A stretch of DNA of 32,000 nucleotides from Nanopusillaceae archaeon (GTDB taxonomy: Archaea; Nanobdellota; Nanobdellia; Nanobdellales; Nanobdellaceae), in assembly GCA_049973735.1 (NCBI GenBank), contig JBMFJL010000001.1, positions 11,438-43,437 on the forward strand, written 5' to 3'. Shown here piece after piece: positions 6,370 to 15,209 of the stretch; the first letter of the stretch is position 1, and every line of letters begins with the position of its first letter. The notes below the pieces were generated by a model that did no database searches, had not been told where the DNA came from, and was given only the letters and a program-made list of their open reading frames with translations. Made by a program: the position numbers and the translations under genes.

Positions 6370-7116
6370 ATGGATATATTTTCCATTTTTAGGAGAAAAA
6401 AAGATCATGCTAATCAGGAATTAATCCCCGTACAAAATGTAAATCCAAACCCAACACCAATTCAGAATAATGAAATAACTAGCATAATAAATTCAATAGA
6501 GGGTTTGGCAAGATCTATAAGAGAAATGGAAAATAGAATTTCTGAATTATCGAATAAATTTGCTGAAATAAATACAAAAGTTGAATCAAATCAAAATGAA
6601 ATAAATAACATTAAAAATAATTTGGAAAAAATGTTTTCTATATATGAATTATTGATGAGAAGTTATAATCCATTTGTAGAAACAGAAGAAAAAGTAGTTG
6701 AAGCTAAACAGGACATTCAAAATATTTCAATAACTAATAATGAAGAAAAGACACATATATTACCATTAAAAGATTTGGATGATAATCCTGCAGTTGCATC
6801 CATAATAATAGGCTGGTTATCTTACTTAGTAAAAAAGTCAAATATGGAGGAAGTAGAAAAAGCATTAGATTATTATGAAAATATAAAATGGATAACAGAA
6901 AAAGTAAAAATAAAATTAAAAGAATATCTAACAGGATTATCCGGATTAGAAACAGAAGATAAAAAATTAACACCCAAGGATCATTTAGTAAGTTTATATA
7001 TAATAACAAAGCTATCTAATTTATCAAATGAGCGAAATTTAGAAAGAATGAAGGATTTGTATAAAGAATTGGTTGAAAAGGGATATATATCTCCGACGGA
7101 AAAAGAAAATGCTTAG
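6370..7116 (+). CDS. Archaellum accessory protein, FlaC/D/E (ArlC/D/E)-like
   Basis: An N-terminal coiled coil is followed by IIIGWLSYLVKKSNMEEVEKALDYYENIKWITEKVKIKLKEYLTGL. This matches the FlaD/E domain signature (leWl.fLv...g......aL.YYe.igWIse.v...l..yl.G). It sits directly upstream of flaH-flaI. ATG 6370 is preferred over TTG 6337 because a TATA-like GCTTATATATATTG lies about 25 nt upstream. Confidence 0.6.
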   Translation: MDIFSIFRRKKDHANQELIPVQNVNPNPTPIQNNEITSIINSIEGLARSIREMENRISELSNKFAEINTKVESNQNEINNIKNNLEKMFSIYELLMRSYNPFVETEEKVVEAKQDIQNISITNNEEKTHILPLKDLDDNPAVASIIIGWLSYLVKKSNMEEVEKALDYYENIKWITEKVKIKLKEYLTGLSGLETEDKKLTPKDHLVSLYIITKLSNLSNERNLERMKDLYKELVEKGYISPTEKENA

Positions 7117-7498
7117 ACAACTGGTATATTTAGCAGTATTATTTATAGTAGGATATATATCCGTTTATATATTTTACAATTACTTTGAATCCACAGGTAA
7201 TGTCTTAGCTAGAGAGGTTTCAAACTTTACAAATAGCGTCTATGTACAACCTTTTACATCTTATATCATAAGTTCATATTCTTCTCCAGAGTATTCTATA
7301 TTGTATTTGATAGGGAGCTCCCAGTTGAGTAATTGCATAAAAAACATATTGGTAGAAGATTTACCAGTTAATTATACGGTAAAATTCTTGAATAATTATA
7401 CAGCAGAGATAAAAGTATATGGTAGAGAAGTAGATAAAGGGGCAAATTTAACTATACAATATTGTGATGGCCAAAAGGTATTTTATATAATATCATAA
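7109..7498 (+). CDS. Putative archaellum protein FlaF/FlaG (ArlF/G)-like
   Basis: N-terminal hydrophobic helix (LVYLAVLFIVGYISVYIF) plus a beta-rich domain. Its position between the FlaD/E-like gene and flaH supports the call. ATG 7109 overlaps the upstream stop (ATGCTTAG). The assignment rests on context and architecture only. Confidence 0.4.
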   Translation: MLRQLVYLAVLFIVGYISVYIFYNYFESTGNVLAREVSNFTNSVYVQPFTSYIISSYSSPEYSILYLIGSSQLSNCIKNILVEDLPVNYTVKFLNNYTAEIKVYGREVDKGANLTIQYCDGQKVFYIIS

Positions 7499-7501
7499 AA
7501 A

Positions 7502-8206
7502 GTGGTAGAGTATATAGATATTTATTTGGATAGAGATGAATTTGCCGACAGGTTGGGAGGAGCAATACCAAAGGGTAGTATATTTATAATTGAAGGAGAT
7601 CATGGATCTGGAAAAAGTATAATAGCTCAAAGAATTGTATATGGAGCTCTATACAATAATTTTAAAGTTACTTATATATCTACAGAGTTGTCGGTTGTAG
7701 ATTTTGTAAAACAAATGAACTCTCTAGGATATTCAATAGAAGATTATCTACTTAAACAGAGTCTTCTCTATATATCTACTTTAAATTTATTTGGTAAGGT
7801 AAAGGAAAAAGAAAATTTAATATTTGAATTGACTAAAGAAAAATCAAGGAAAATATTTGAATCAGATTTAATAGTACTAGATTCTTTGTCTTATCCATTA
7901 ATTAATGGTTTGAGTAATATGGATTCTGTTAAATTGATAGAATTTTTTGGAAAAATTAAGGATTGGGGAAAAACAATACTTTTAACCTATAACCCATCTG
8001 AAATCAATGAATTTTTTGTAAGAAATATTAGGAGGGTATCAGACATATACTTTAATATTAAATTTAGCACAATTGGAGAAGGATCCTCATTAAGAATAAT
8101 TGAAGTAAAAAGATTTAGATATCCAAGGGGAATATATAATAATGTAATACCATTTAGGGTAGAACCAAATATAGGCTTAATTATCGAAATATCTTCATAT
8201 GTATAA
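7502..8206 (+). CDS. flaH: Archaellum ATP-binding protein FlaH (ArlH), RecA/KaiC-like
   Basis: LGGAIPKGSIFIIEGDHGSGKS (Walker A), a hydrophobic strand ending in D (LIVLDSL), about 230 aa, GTG start. Overlaps flaI by 1 nt (TAATG). Confidence 0.8.
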   Translation: MVEYIDIYLDRDEFADRLGGAIPKGSIFIIEGDHGSGKSIIAQRIVYGALYNNFKVTYISTELSVVDFVKQMNSLGYSIEDYLLKQSLLYISTLNLFGKVKEKENLIFELTKEKSRKIFESDLIVLDSLSYPLINGLSNMDSVKLIEFFGKIKDWGKTILLTYNPSEINEFFVRNIRRVSDIYFNIKFSTIGEGSSLRIIEVKRFRYPRGIYNNVIPFRVEPNIGLIIEISSYV

Positions 8207-9885
8207 TGAATGAACAATTAATACAAAAAAGCCAACAAGAATATATAATAAAGAGAGAAAGGGCACATACAATATCTATAGAAATTACTAAAGATTTTAA
8301 TCAAGCTTTAATTAGATATCCTCATTTGAAGTCATATATTGATGATATATCTAGAAAAATCGGACTTCCAGAATGGAAAACAGAATTAACTTTTGATCTA
8401 AGAAAAAGGACAGAGTTCAATATTCTATATCCTGTTGGAGATCCTATATTTATTCATGTTTACAAATTGCCAAGTGGCGAAGCTCATTATAATGTTATAG
8501 AACCACAAATTACAGAAGAAGAAAAGAAAAAATTAGAGAAAATTCAATCTAAAATCGTTAAATATTCTATAGAAAATATAAATACAGAAAATGTAGAAGA
8601 GGTAAAAAGATATATAGTGGATTTATTTAATAGGGTAATTGAAGTTGGTAAGAAATCTCTATTTTCTGACAAAGTTTTTGTAAAAGATAAGGAAGAATAC
8701 GATAGATTATTATATTTCTTAATAAGAGAAAGATTTGGGTATTCCTTTTTAGAGCCATTTTTGAGAGATCCTTATCTGGAAGATGTCCATGTTTTAGGAT
8801 TGGGAGATATTTATGTAGTACATAAAATATTTGGAATGTTAAAAACAAATAGGAAGTTCAAAGACGAAGTAGAATTAAACAAATATATGATAAGATATTC
8901 TGAAATTGTTGATAGACCAGTATCAGAAAATAGGCCAATAGTAGATGCTATATTGCCAGATGGATCTAGAGTTAATTTCATATATGGAAAAGATATTTCT
9001 TTACATGGATCATCATTTACAATAAGAAAGTTCTCAATGAAACCATTGAGCATAACTCAATTAATATCTTTTGGAACTATTTCTCCAGAAGAGGCTGCAT
9101 ATTTATGGCTAGCCATAGAAAATGGAATGAATATAGTAATATCTGGAGAGACAGCATCTGGTAAAACTACATTATTAAATGCTCTAGCTACATTCATTAA
9201 ACCAGATGCAAAGGTATATTCTGTAGAAGATACACCAGAATTAAATATTCCACATCCAATATGGCAAAGACTTGTAACAAGAGAAGTAGGAAAAAGATCA
9301 GACGTATCCATGTATGATTTATTGAGAGCAGCATTGAGATCAAGACCAAATTATATATTAATTGGTGAAATTAGAGGAAAAGAAGGTTATGTAGCATTTC
9401 AGGCAATGCAAACTGGTCATCCTGTCATGACAACGTTCCATTCAGGTAATATAACTCAACTGATAGAAAGATTGACTGGAGAACCAATTAATATTCCAAT
9501 TACATTTATAGATAACTTAAATATTGCTGTATTCACATCCTCAGTAAATATAAAAGGAAGAGCTGAAAGAAGAGTCACAAGTATATATGAAATTGAAAAA
9601 TATGTAGCAGAAATAAAAAAGGTTGCTGTTAGAAGAGTATTTGCATGGGAAAGTGTAAGAGATAAACATATATTTTCTGGAAAATATAATAGTTATATTC
9701 TGGAGAAAAAAGTTGCTCCATTGATGAAAATAGAAGATAAAAGAAAAATATATGAAATATTAGATTATCGTGCCAGAATATTAAAAAGAATGGTAGAAGA
9801 AAAAATATTTGACTTTTACGAAGTTTGGGAAATATTAAAAGAATTTTATCTTAATGGACCATCAGCATTACCCTTCACTGTATAG
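8206..9885 (+). CDS. flaI: Archaellum motor ATPase FlaI (ArlI), type II/IV secretion ATPase family
   Basis: Walker A ISGETASGKTTLLNAL, Asp box and Walker B region (PNYILIGEIRGKE), His box (GHPVMTTFH), about 560 aa, directly downstream of flaH. Confidence 0.9.
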   Translation: MNEQLIQKSQQEYIIKRERAHTISIEITKDFNQALIRYPHLKSYIDDISRKIGLPEWKTELTFDLRKRTEFNILYPVGDPIFIHVYKLPSGEAHYNVIEPQITEEEKKKLEKIQSKIVKYSIENINTENVEEVKRYIVDLFNRVIEVGKKSLFSDKVFVKDKEEYDRLLYFLIRERFGYSFLEPFLRDPYLEDVHVLGLGDIYVVHKIFGMLKTNRKFKDEVELNKYMIRYSEIVDRPVSENRPIVDAILPDGSRVNFIYGKDISLHGSSFTIRKFSMKPLSITQLISFGTISPEEAAYLWLAIENGMNIVISGETASGKTTLLNALATFIKPDAKVYSVEDTPELNIPHPIWQRLVTREVGKRSDVSMYDLLRAALRSRPNYILIGEIRGKEGYVAFQAMQTGHPVMTTFHSGNITQLIERLTGEPINIPITFIDNLNIAVFTSSVNIKGRAERRVTSIYEIEKYVAEIKKVAVRRVFAWESVRDKHIFSGKYNSYILEKKVAPLMKIEDKRKIYEILDYRARILKRMVEEKIFDFYEVWEILKEFYLNGPSALPFTV

Positions 9886-9974
9886 CTTTTAAATATAATA
9901 AATGTAAAATAAATATGGCATTAAATATTGACCGGTATTAAGGCCAAGTATAAGAATTTTACTTACCTACTATT

Positions 9975-11249
9975 ATGATGGATAAAGAGATTGCAAAAGT
10001 ATTGCTTTGGAAAAAACCATCTATAGAAGTTTTAGGCGAGGAGAAAGTAAATAAAATAGATAAGTTTAGACATTACATTGGTTTTGAAATTTCGGGCTAT
10101 GTACACATAGGTACTGGGGTAGTATCTGGTTTAAAGATAATAGATGCATCAAAAATAGGAGAAGCAAGTATATTTTTAGCAGATTGGCATACTATGATAA
10201 ATAATAAATTAGGAGGGGATATAGAATTGATAAGAAAGATTGCCAGAGGATATTTTTCAGAAGCATTATTAAGATCAATAGAAGCATTAGGAGGTAATAG
10301 AGATAAAGTAAAGGTGGTTTTAGCATCAGAGATATATAATAATGATTATTGGTTAGAAGTGATAAAGATAGGAAAAAATACGACACTAAATAGAGTATTA
10401 AGATCAATAACAATAATGGGAAGAAAAGAAAGCGAATCTATCCCATCAGCATTTTTAATATATCCACTAATGCAGGCTGCAGATATAATATTTCAAAAAG
10501 TAAATATAGCGCATGCAGGAATAGATCAGAGAAAAGCCCATGTAATTGCAATAGAATATGCTGATAAAGTAGATTATCCATTGATTGCAATGCATCATCA
10601 ATTAATAACCAATTTGCAATTACCTCTGGAAGTATTTCAAAAGTTAAAACAAGGAAATAAAAAAGAAGCAAAGGAGGAATTATCAGAATTGAAAATGTCT
10701 AAGTCAATACCAGGTTCAGCAATATTTGTCCATGATTCTCCAAATGAAATAAAAGAAAAAATAAATAAAGCATTTTGTCCTCAAAAGGAATTAGATTTCA
10801 ATCCTATATGGGAAATAACAGAATATTTAATATTTAGGGGACAAGAAAATTATGGATTAATAAAAATATTATTAGAAAAAGGATATAAGATAGAAGGAAT
10901 ATCTGAAAACTTAGATTATAATACATATGAAGAATTGAAGGATAAAAATATGATAAATTGGGATAATATTTATGAAATTGCAAATAAAGAATCTAATGAG
11001 TTATATAAGTATTCGTTTGAAGAAATAGAGTTTGAAATAATAAATGGAAAAACTGGGGAGAGAAAGATATATACAAAATTGTGGGATTTGAGAAGAGATT
11101 GGGTTGCAGGGAAAATACATCCATTAGATTTAAAGTCTGCAGTTGCTAGGTGGATGATAGAAAAACTAGAGCCTGTTTATAAATATTTCAATGAAGGACC
11201 TGGAAGAAAGTACAAAGAAGAAATGGATTCTGTAAAGATCACTAGGTAG
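9975..11249 (+). CDS. tyrS: Tyrosyl-tRNA synthetase (archaeal type, with insertions)
   Basis: IGFEISGYVHIGTG (HIGH-type), FLADWHTMINNK, YPLMQAADI, GIDQRKAHV, KMSKS, FVHDSPNEIKEKINKAFCP, NPIWEI, and KIHPLDLKSAVARWMIEKLEPV collinear with archaeal TyrRS. TrpRS is not fully excluded. Confidence 0.75.
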   Translation: MMDKEIAKVLLWKKPSIEVLGEEKVNKIDKFRHYIGFEISGYVHIGTGVVSGLKIIDASKIGEASIFLADWHTMINNKLGGDIELIRKIARGYFSEALLRSIEALGGNRDKVKVVLASEIYNNDYWLEVIKIGKNTTLNRVLRSITIMGRKESESIPSAFLIYPLMQAADIIFQKVNIAHAGIDQRKAHVIAIEYADKVDYPLIAMHHQLITNLQLPLEVFQKLKQGNKKEAKEELSELKMSKSIPGSAIFVHDSPNEIKEKINKAFCPQKELDFNPIWEITEYLIFRGQENYGLIKILLEKGYKIEGISENLDYNTYEELKDKNMINWDNIYEIANKESNELYKYSFEEIEFEIINGKTGERKIYTKLWDLRRDWVAGKIHPLDLKSAVARWMIEKLEPVYKYFNEGPGRKYKEEMDSVKITR

Positions 11250-11302
11250 TGTTATTATCTTCTTTTTATAACATATATAAATTTTTCTTATAATGATAAT
11301 TT

Positions 11303-11635
11303 ATGAAGATAGACAATATGATTAACAACGCATTTTTATTACTAGATTTATATAGACTGCATTCTAAGAAATTGATGAAAAAAATAAAAAATGAGGAGAT
11401 CAAAGCTTTGTTGTTAATATCTTATAAAGAAGATGATATATTGGAGATGATTGAAAATATTATGTATGAAAAAGAGTTATTAAAAGATTATTTAGAAAAG
11501 AATGACCTAAATAACGCCTATAGAATATATAAAGACATAAAATATAAATATAAAATGATAGAAAAAATTTTAATTGATAGGATTGAAGATCTTATTAAAA
11601 TAAGAGCTTTAGATATTATGAAATCAAATCATTAA
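11303..11635 (+). CDS. Hypothetical all-helical K/E/I-rich protein
   Basis: ORF only, with no recognisable motif. Its 3' end overlaps the convergent PGM/PMM gene by 20 nt. Confidence 0.4.
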   Translation: MKIDNMINNAFLLLDLYRLHSKKLMKKIKNEEIKALLLISYKEDDILEMIENIMYEKELLKDYLEKNDLNNAYRIYKDIKYKYKMIEKILIDRIEDLIKIRALDIMKSNH

Positions 11636-12890
11636 ATATTCTTTCTAAATCTAAATCTTTTTTATAACTTTCTATTATAATTCTATAAACTGGTTCTGTT
11701 TGCGATTCCCTAACTAATATCCTTACGTCATCTTTTGCTAATTCTACACCATCCAGTTCCCCATCTAAATTATTTATATGATATCCATTATTTTTTCCAT
11801 ATTCTAGAGCTTTTCTTATCAAATCCTTTTCCTTTGGAATAACTTTTTTAATTATTTTGAAATTTTCTATGTTTATATCGACAAAATTGTCTATCTCTTT
11901 TAAAAACATTAGACCTGCAAATAGAGCATCATCTATATAGCTATTTTCTGAAAAATATATATGTCCAGAGTATTCTATTCCCATGTAAGCATTATATTTT
12001 TTGCATTTTTCTTTTATAAATGTATGACCAGTTCTAGATAGGATATAATGGCCCTTTTTCTCTTCAATATATTTCCTTACATACATTGGTACAGATATCT
12101 CTATTATAAATCTCCTATTTTCTTTAACAAATGGTATTATGTATTTATCTGGTTTTATTATATTTCCATTTTTATCTACAATACCTATTCTGTCTCCGTC
12201 GCCATCAAATGCAAAACCAATATCTAATTTTTTATTAATTACTAATTTTTTTAATTCACTTAGATTTTCTTCATTTGAAGGATCTGGTGGATGTGATGGA
12301 AAATTACCGTCGAGTTTTTCGTTTATAGCATAAACTTCATTTCCCAGATCTAATAATATATCTTTCATTAAGGATAAAACAGAGTTTGCAGGATCATAGC
12401 CAATTTTGTATCCTTTTATTTTTTTGAATTTTTTTCTTATATACCATTTATAAAATTCTATTCCGTTTTCTTCCTCAATTATACCATTCTTTTGATTAGG
12501 TTTTTCTACTTTTTTAGTCAGTTCTTCAATTATCTTTATCTCTTCGGAATTTAGACTTTCCCCATTATTTTTTATCGGTTTTATTCCATTATATTCCGGT
12601 GGATTGTGCGATGCAGTTATCATCAATACCGGTATAGAATAGACTTTTGCAAGGTAATGTGCCTCTGGTGTAGAACCAATTCCAAAGTCTATAACATTAT
12701 GTGTATGAGTTAGAGAAGATAACAATATATTCTTAATCCTTTCCGAATGTATTCTAACATCTCTAACTATACCTATTGTTTCATTGTTTTCAAAAAATTT
12801 TCCAAATGCTAAACCTATCTTATATATTAATTCATCTGTAAGTTCTTTTCCATATATACCTCTAATATCATAAGCTCTAAATACGCTCAT
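11616..12890 (-). CDS. Phosphohexomutase (phosphoglucomutase/phosphomannomutase/GlmM family)
   Basis: Active-site loop TASHNPPEYNGIK, metal-binding FAFDGDGDRIGIVD, sugar-binding GIEYSGHIYF. Confidence 0.85.
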   Translation of the reverse strand: MSVFRAYDIRGIYGKELTDELIYKIGLAFGKFFENNETIGIVRDVRIHSERIKNILLSSLTHTHNVIDFGIGSTPEAHYLAKVYSIPVLMITASHNPPEYNGIKPIKNNGESLNSEEIKIIEELTKKVEKPNQKNGIIEEENGIEFYKWYIRKKFKKIKGYKIGYDPANSVLSLMKDILLDLGNEVYAINEKLDGNFPSHPPDPSNEENLSELKKLVINKKLDIGFAFDGDGDRIGIVDKNGNIIKPDKYIIPFVKENRRFIIEISVPMYVRKYIEEKKGHYILSRTGHTFIKEKCKKYNAYMGIEYSGHIYFSENSYIDDALFAGLMFLKEIDNFVDINIENFKIIKKVIPKEKDLIRKALEYGKNNGYHINNLDGELDGVELAKDDVRILVRESQTEPVYRIIIESYKKDLDLERIFNDLIS

Positions 12891-12895
12891 AAAGT

Positions 12896-13120
12896 TTATT
12901 TCCTTCTTACTCTATATAAAGGAATTTTCCCTTTGTATGATAGATAAGTAAATATATTAACTATTATCATAACTAGCATAACTAATGTTGATATGAAAAT
13001 CATTTTGGGATCCAGATTCTTTTGATATGATAATGTAGTAAAAATAATCAAAAATACAATTATAGATATTAATAAAGACATGTATACTTCATATTTTGTT
13101 GCATACAATTCTTCTTCCAT
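12896..13120 (-). CDS. Small hypothetical membrane protein (two predicted TM helices)
   Basis: ORF with two hydrophobic stretches (LLISIIVFLIIFTTL and FISTLVMLVMIIVNIFTYL). No homology recognised. Confidence 0.45.
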   Translation of the reverse strand: MEEELYATKYEVYMSLLISIIVFLIIFTTLSYQKNLDPKMIFISTLVMLVMIIVNIFTYLSYKGKIPLYRVRRK

Positions 13121-13150
13121 TATTATCTATATAAATATCTAGTTTTTAAA

Positions 13151-13206
13151 TATATCAGAGCTCAAGACCCTCATCACCTATCAGACGAGGGGTTTTCTTC
13201 ACTCAG
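13151..13206 (-). ncRNA. Candidate C/D box sRNA (2'-O-methylation guide)
   Basis: The minus strand reads [GUGAAGA]-AAACCCCUCGU-[CUGA]-UAG-[GUGAUGA]-GGGUCUUGAGCU-[CUGA], i.e. C, 11-nt guide, D', 3-nt loop, C', 12-nt guide, D. It is a clear G+C island in an AT-rich spacer. Confidence 0.55.
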
Positions 13207-13254
13207 AAAATAATTTAAAAAATTATAAAAAATTATTTGGTACTACTCTTTCTT

Positions 13255-14316
13255 TTATTTTCTTCTGCTATTAATTTTCCAGATTTCATACTCTAATTCA
13301 TTGGACAATTCTATAATATCATTAACATCAGTAAAATTACCAGATAATATTTTGCTATATGTTTGATTTATAATATCTATAGATTTATTTACTTGTGCAC
13401 AAATTAGCATTCCTCTACCTCTGGCGCAAAGATCCCTTATTCTTTCTAATACATCTTGTTCTACTTCTAATAATCTAATTGCTTTACTTTCTATTACTTC
13501 TTCTATTTTGATTTCATTCTTTCTTTTTTCTTTGAATTCTACCTCGATTTCTGCTTTTATTTTTTGTTTTTCAAATGGTATAGCTACAGTTCCATTTTGT
13601 ACTTGTGGTAATATACACTTCTCACCTATTTTTCCAACAAATACTTCTCTAATTTCAAACCAATCTGTATCCTCACTTATATTTACATATATTACTTTGG
13701 GAAGATATTTGCACACCATATTCTCTATTTTATGTGTATCATTTAATGTATATACTGTGTAATTTATTCCTAATGAACGCAATTCATCAGGTATTCTTCC
13801 TAAGCTACCTTCTTCTCCTGTGAATATGAAAACTTCCTTAACTTGCAAGGTAGTTAATGCTCTTATCGTAGAATTCCATAGAGAACCATCTGGTACAATT
13901 AATATTGGAGCGCTATAATTTTGTGCTAATTGTACAGCTTCTGTTACTAATTTTATCTTTTTGCCCTTTACATTTTCATTTACTAAATCCCTTGTAAGTA
14001 TTACTGCATAATTTGAATTGTTCCAGAACAACATAGCTACGTATGCAGATGTATCATATCTTCTCACACCCCAAATCCACTTGTAACTTATATATGTCTT
14101 ATTCAATTCATCAAATAGCAGTGTAGATATTACTGCTGGTCCACCAATTATTATAACATTTGTTACATTATTTTGCAGAAGATATGATACTGTTTGATTT
14201 ATACTAATTGGATCTTGATGTACTGTATATACTGGTAATCCATATATACTACCTACGACATTTGCTACAATAAAATCTGCATAAGTTATATTGGTTGTTA
14301 AAATTGCAGTAACCAT
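13255..14316 (-). CDS. Hypothetical protein with two cell-wall-binding-repeat-2 (CWB2)-like modules and a C-terminal coiled coil
   Basis: ADFIVANVVGSIYGLPVY...VIIIGGPAVIS...WGVRRYDTSAYVA matches the CWB2 pattern (aD.l.A...a...g.Pill...v.iiGG..aiS...G.dRy.Ta..ia). A second, weaker module follows (APILIVPDG...VFIFTGEEGSL). The C-terminal 100 aa is K/E-rich and helical. No signal peptide. The CDS is solid; the function is uncertain. Confidence 0.35.
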   Translation of the reverse strand: MVTAILTTNITYADFIVANVVGSIYGLPVYTVHQDPISINQTVSYLLQNNVTNVIIIGGPAVISTLLFDELNKTYISYKWIWGVRRYDTSAYVAMLFWNNSNYAVILTRDLVNENVKGKKIKLVTEAVQLAQNYSAPILIVPDGSLWNSTIRALTTLQVKEVFIFTGEEGSLGRIPDELRSLGINYTVYTLNDTHKIENMVCKYLPKVIYVNISEDTDWFEIREVFVGKIGEKCILPQVQNGTVAIPFEKQKIKAEIEVEFKEKRKNEIKIEEVIESKAIRLLEVEQDVLERIRDLCARGRGMLICAQVNKSIDIINQTYSKILSGNFTDVNDIIELSNELEYEIWKINSRRK

Positions 14317-14339
14317 AATGATTATTTACTATATAATTT

Positions 14340-15209
14340 TTATAAATTATTAAGTATTGATTCCAACTTGTTATAAACATCTTGTATATTTTCAAAAGTA
14401 AAACCGGCAGAATGTTTGTGACCACCACCTCCTAAAGCATTTGCAATTTTTAAAACATCCTTATTATTTAATGTCCTAATTTCTCCCCTCTTAGAGTTTT
14501 CAAAAAGTGTTATAACATAATCGGGATTATCTTTTAACTTTTCTTTTATATACTCTAAAATATAATTGGAAGGTATGTTTTCGGTCATTCTAATTATATA
14601 AATTTTGTATTTTTCATTAATTATTTTAATATTTTTATCTAAGTCTTTAAAAATATCGTTTAATTTCTTCCTAAATTTCTTTATAATCTCGTAGTCAATT
14701 ATATCTTCTATCCTATTATTTAGAAGTTTTTTTGCTATTGAAATAAAATATATATCATAAGTTTTAGGGTAAAGATATCTTATTCCTACAACCATATCTA
14801 CAAAATCTTTTTCCAAACCATTTTTTATCTCTCCAGAATCTATATCATCTATTATATCCAAATAATCTGAATTAATATTTAGGTATTCGGCAAGGACTCT
14901 TGCGGCAGATTTATAAGGTTTTATATAAAGATTGACTCTTGAAGTCTTTTCTATATTGTTTGTAATAATATGATGATCTATCCAATGTACTTTTTTAAAA
15001 TATGATGATAAATATATCGCCTCTTGATTTAAGGCAATATCAATGACATATAATTCTTCTTCCTTTTCATTATTTTCTATTACTTTTAATAAAGTTTTAT
15101 TTATTGATCTAGGACTAGAAAAATATACTTTGAACTTATCTCCAAATTTTTTATACATCAAATATAAACAGAAAATTCCATCCGCATCCCAATGTGTTAT
15201 TACAATCAT
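14340..15209 (-). CDS. DHH/DHHA1-family phosphoesterase (small RecJ/NrnA-like nuclease)
   Basis: Motif I THWDADG, motif III WIDHH, DHHA1 motif GGGGHKHSAGF. 289 aa. The start overlaps the hef stop by 4 nt. Confidence 0.8.
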   Translation of the reverse strand: MIVITHWDADGIFCLYLMYKKFGDKFKVYFSSPRSINKTLLKVIENNEKEEELYVIDIALNQEAIYLSSYFKKVHWIDHHIITNNIEKTSRVNLYIKPYKSAARVLAEYLNINSDYLDIIDDIDSGEIKNGLEKDFVDMVVGIRYLYPKTYDIYFISIAKKLLNNRIEDIIDYEIIKKFRKKLNDIFKDLDKNIKIINEKYKIYIIRMTENIPSNYILEYIKEKLKDNPDYVITLFENSKRGEIRTLNNKDVLKIANALGGGGHKHSAGFTFENIQDVYNKLESILNNL

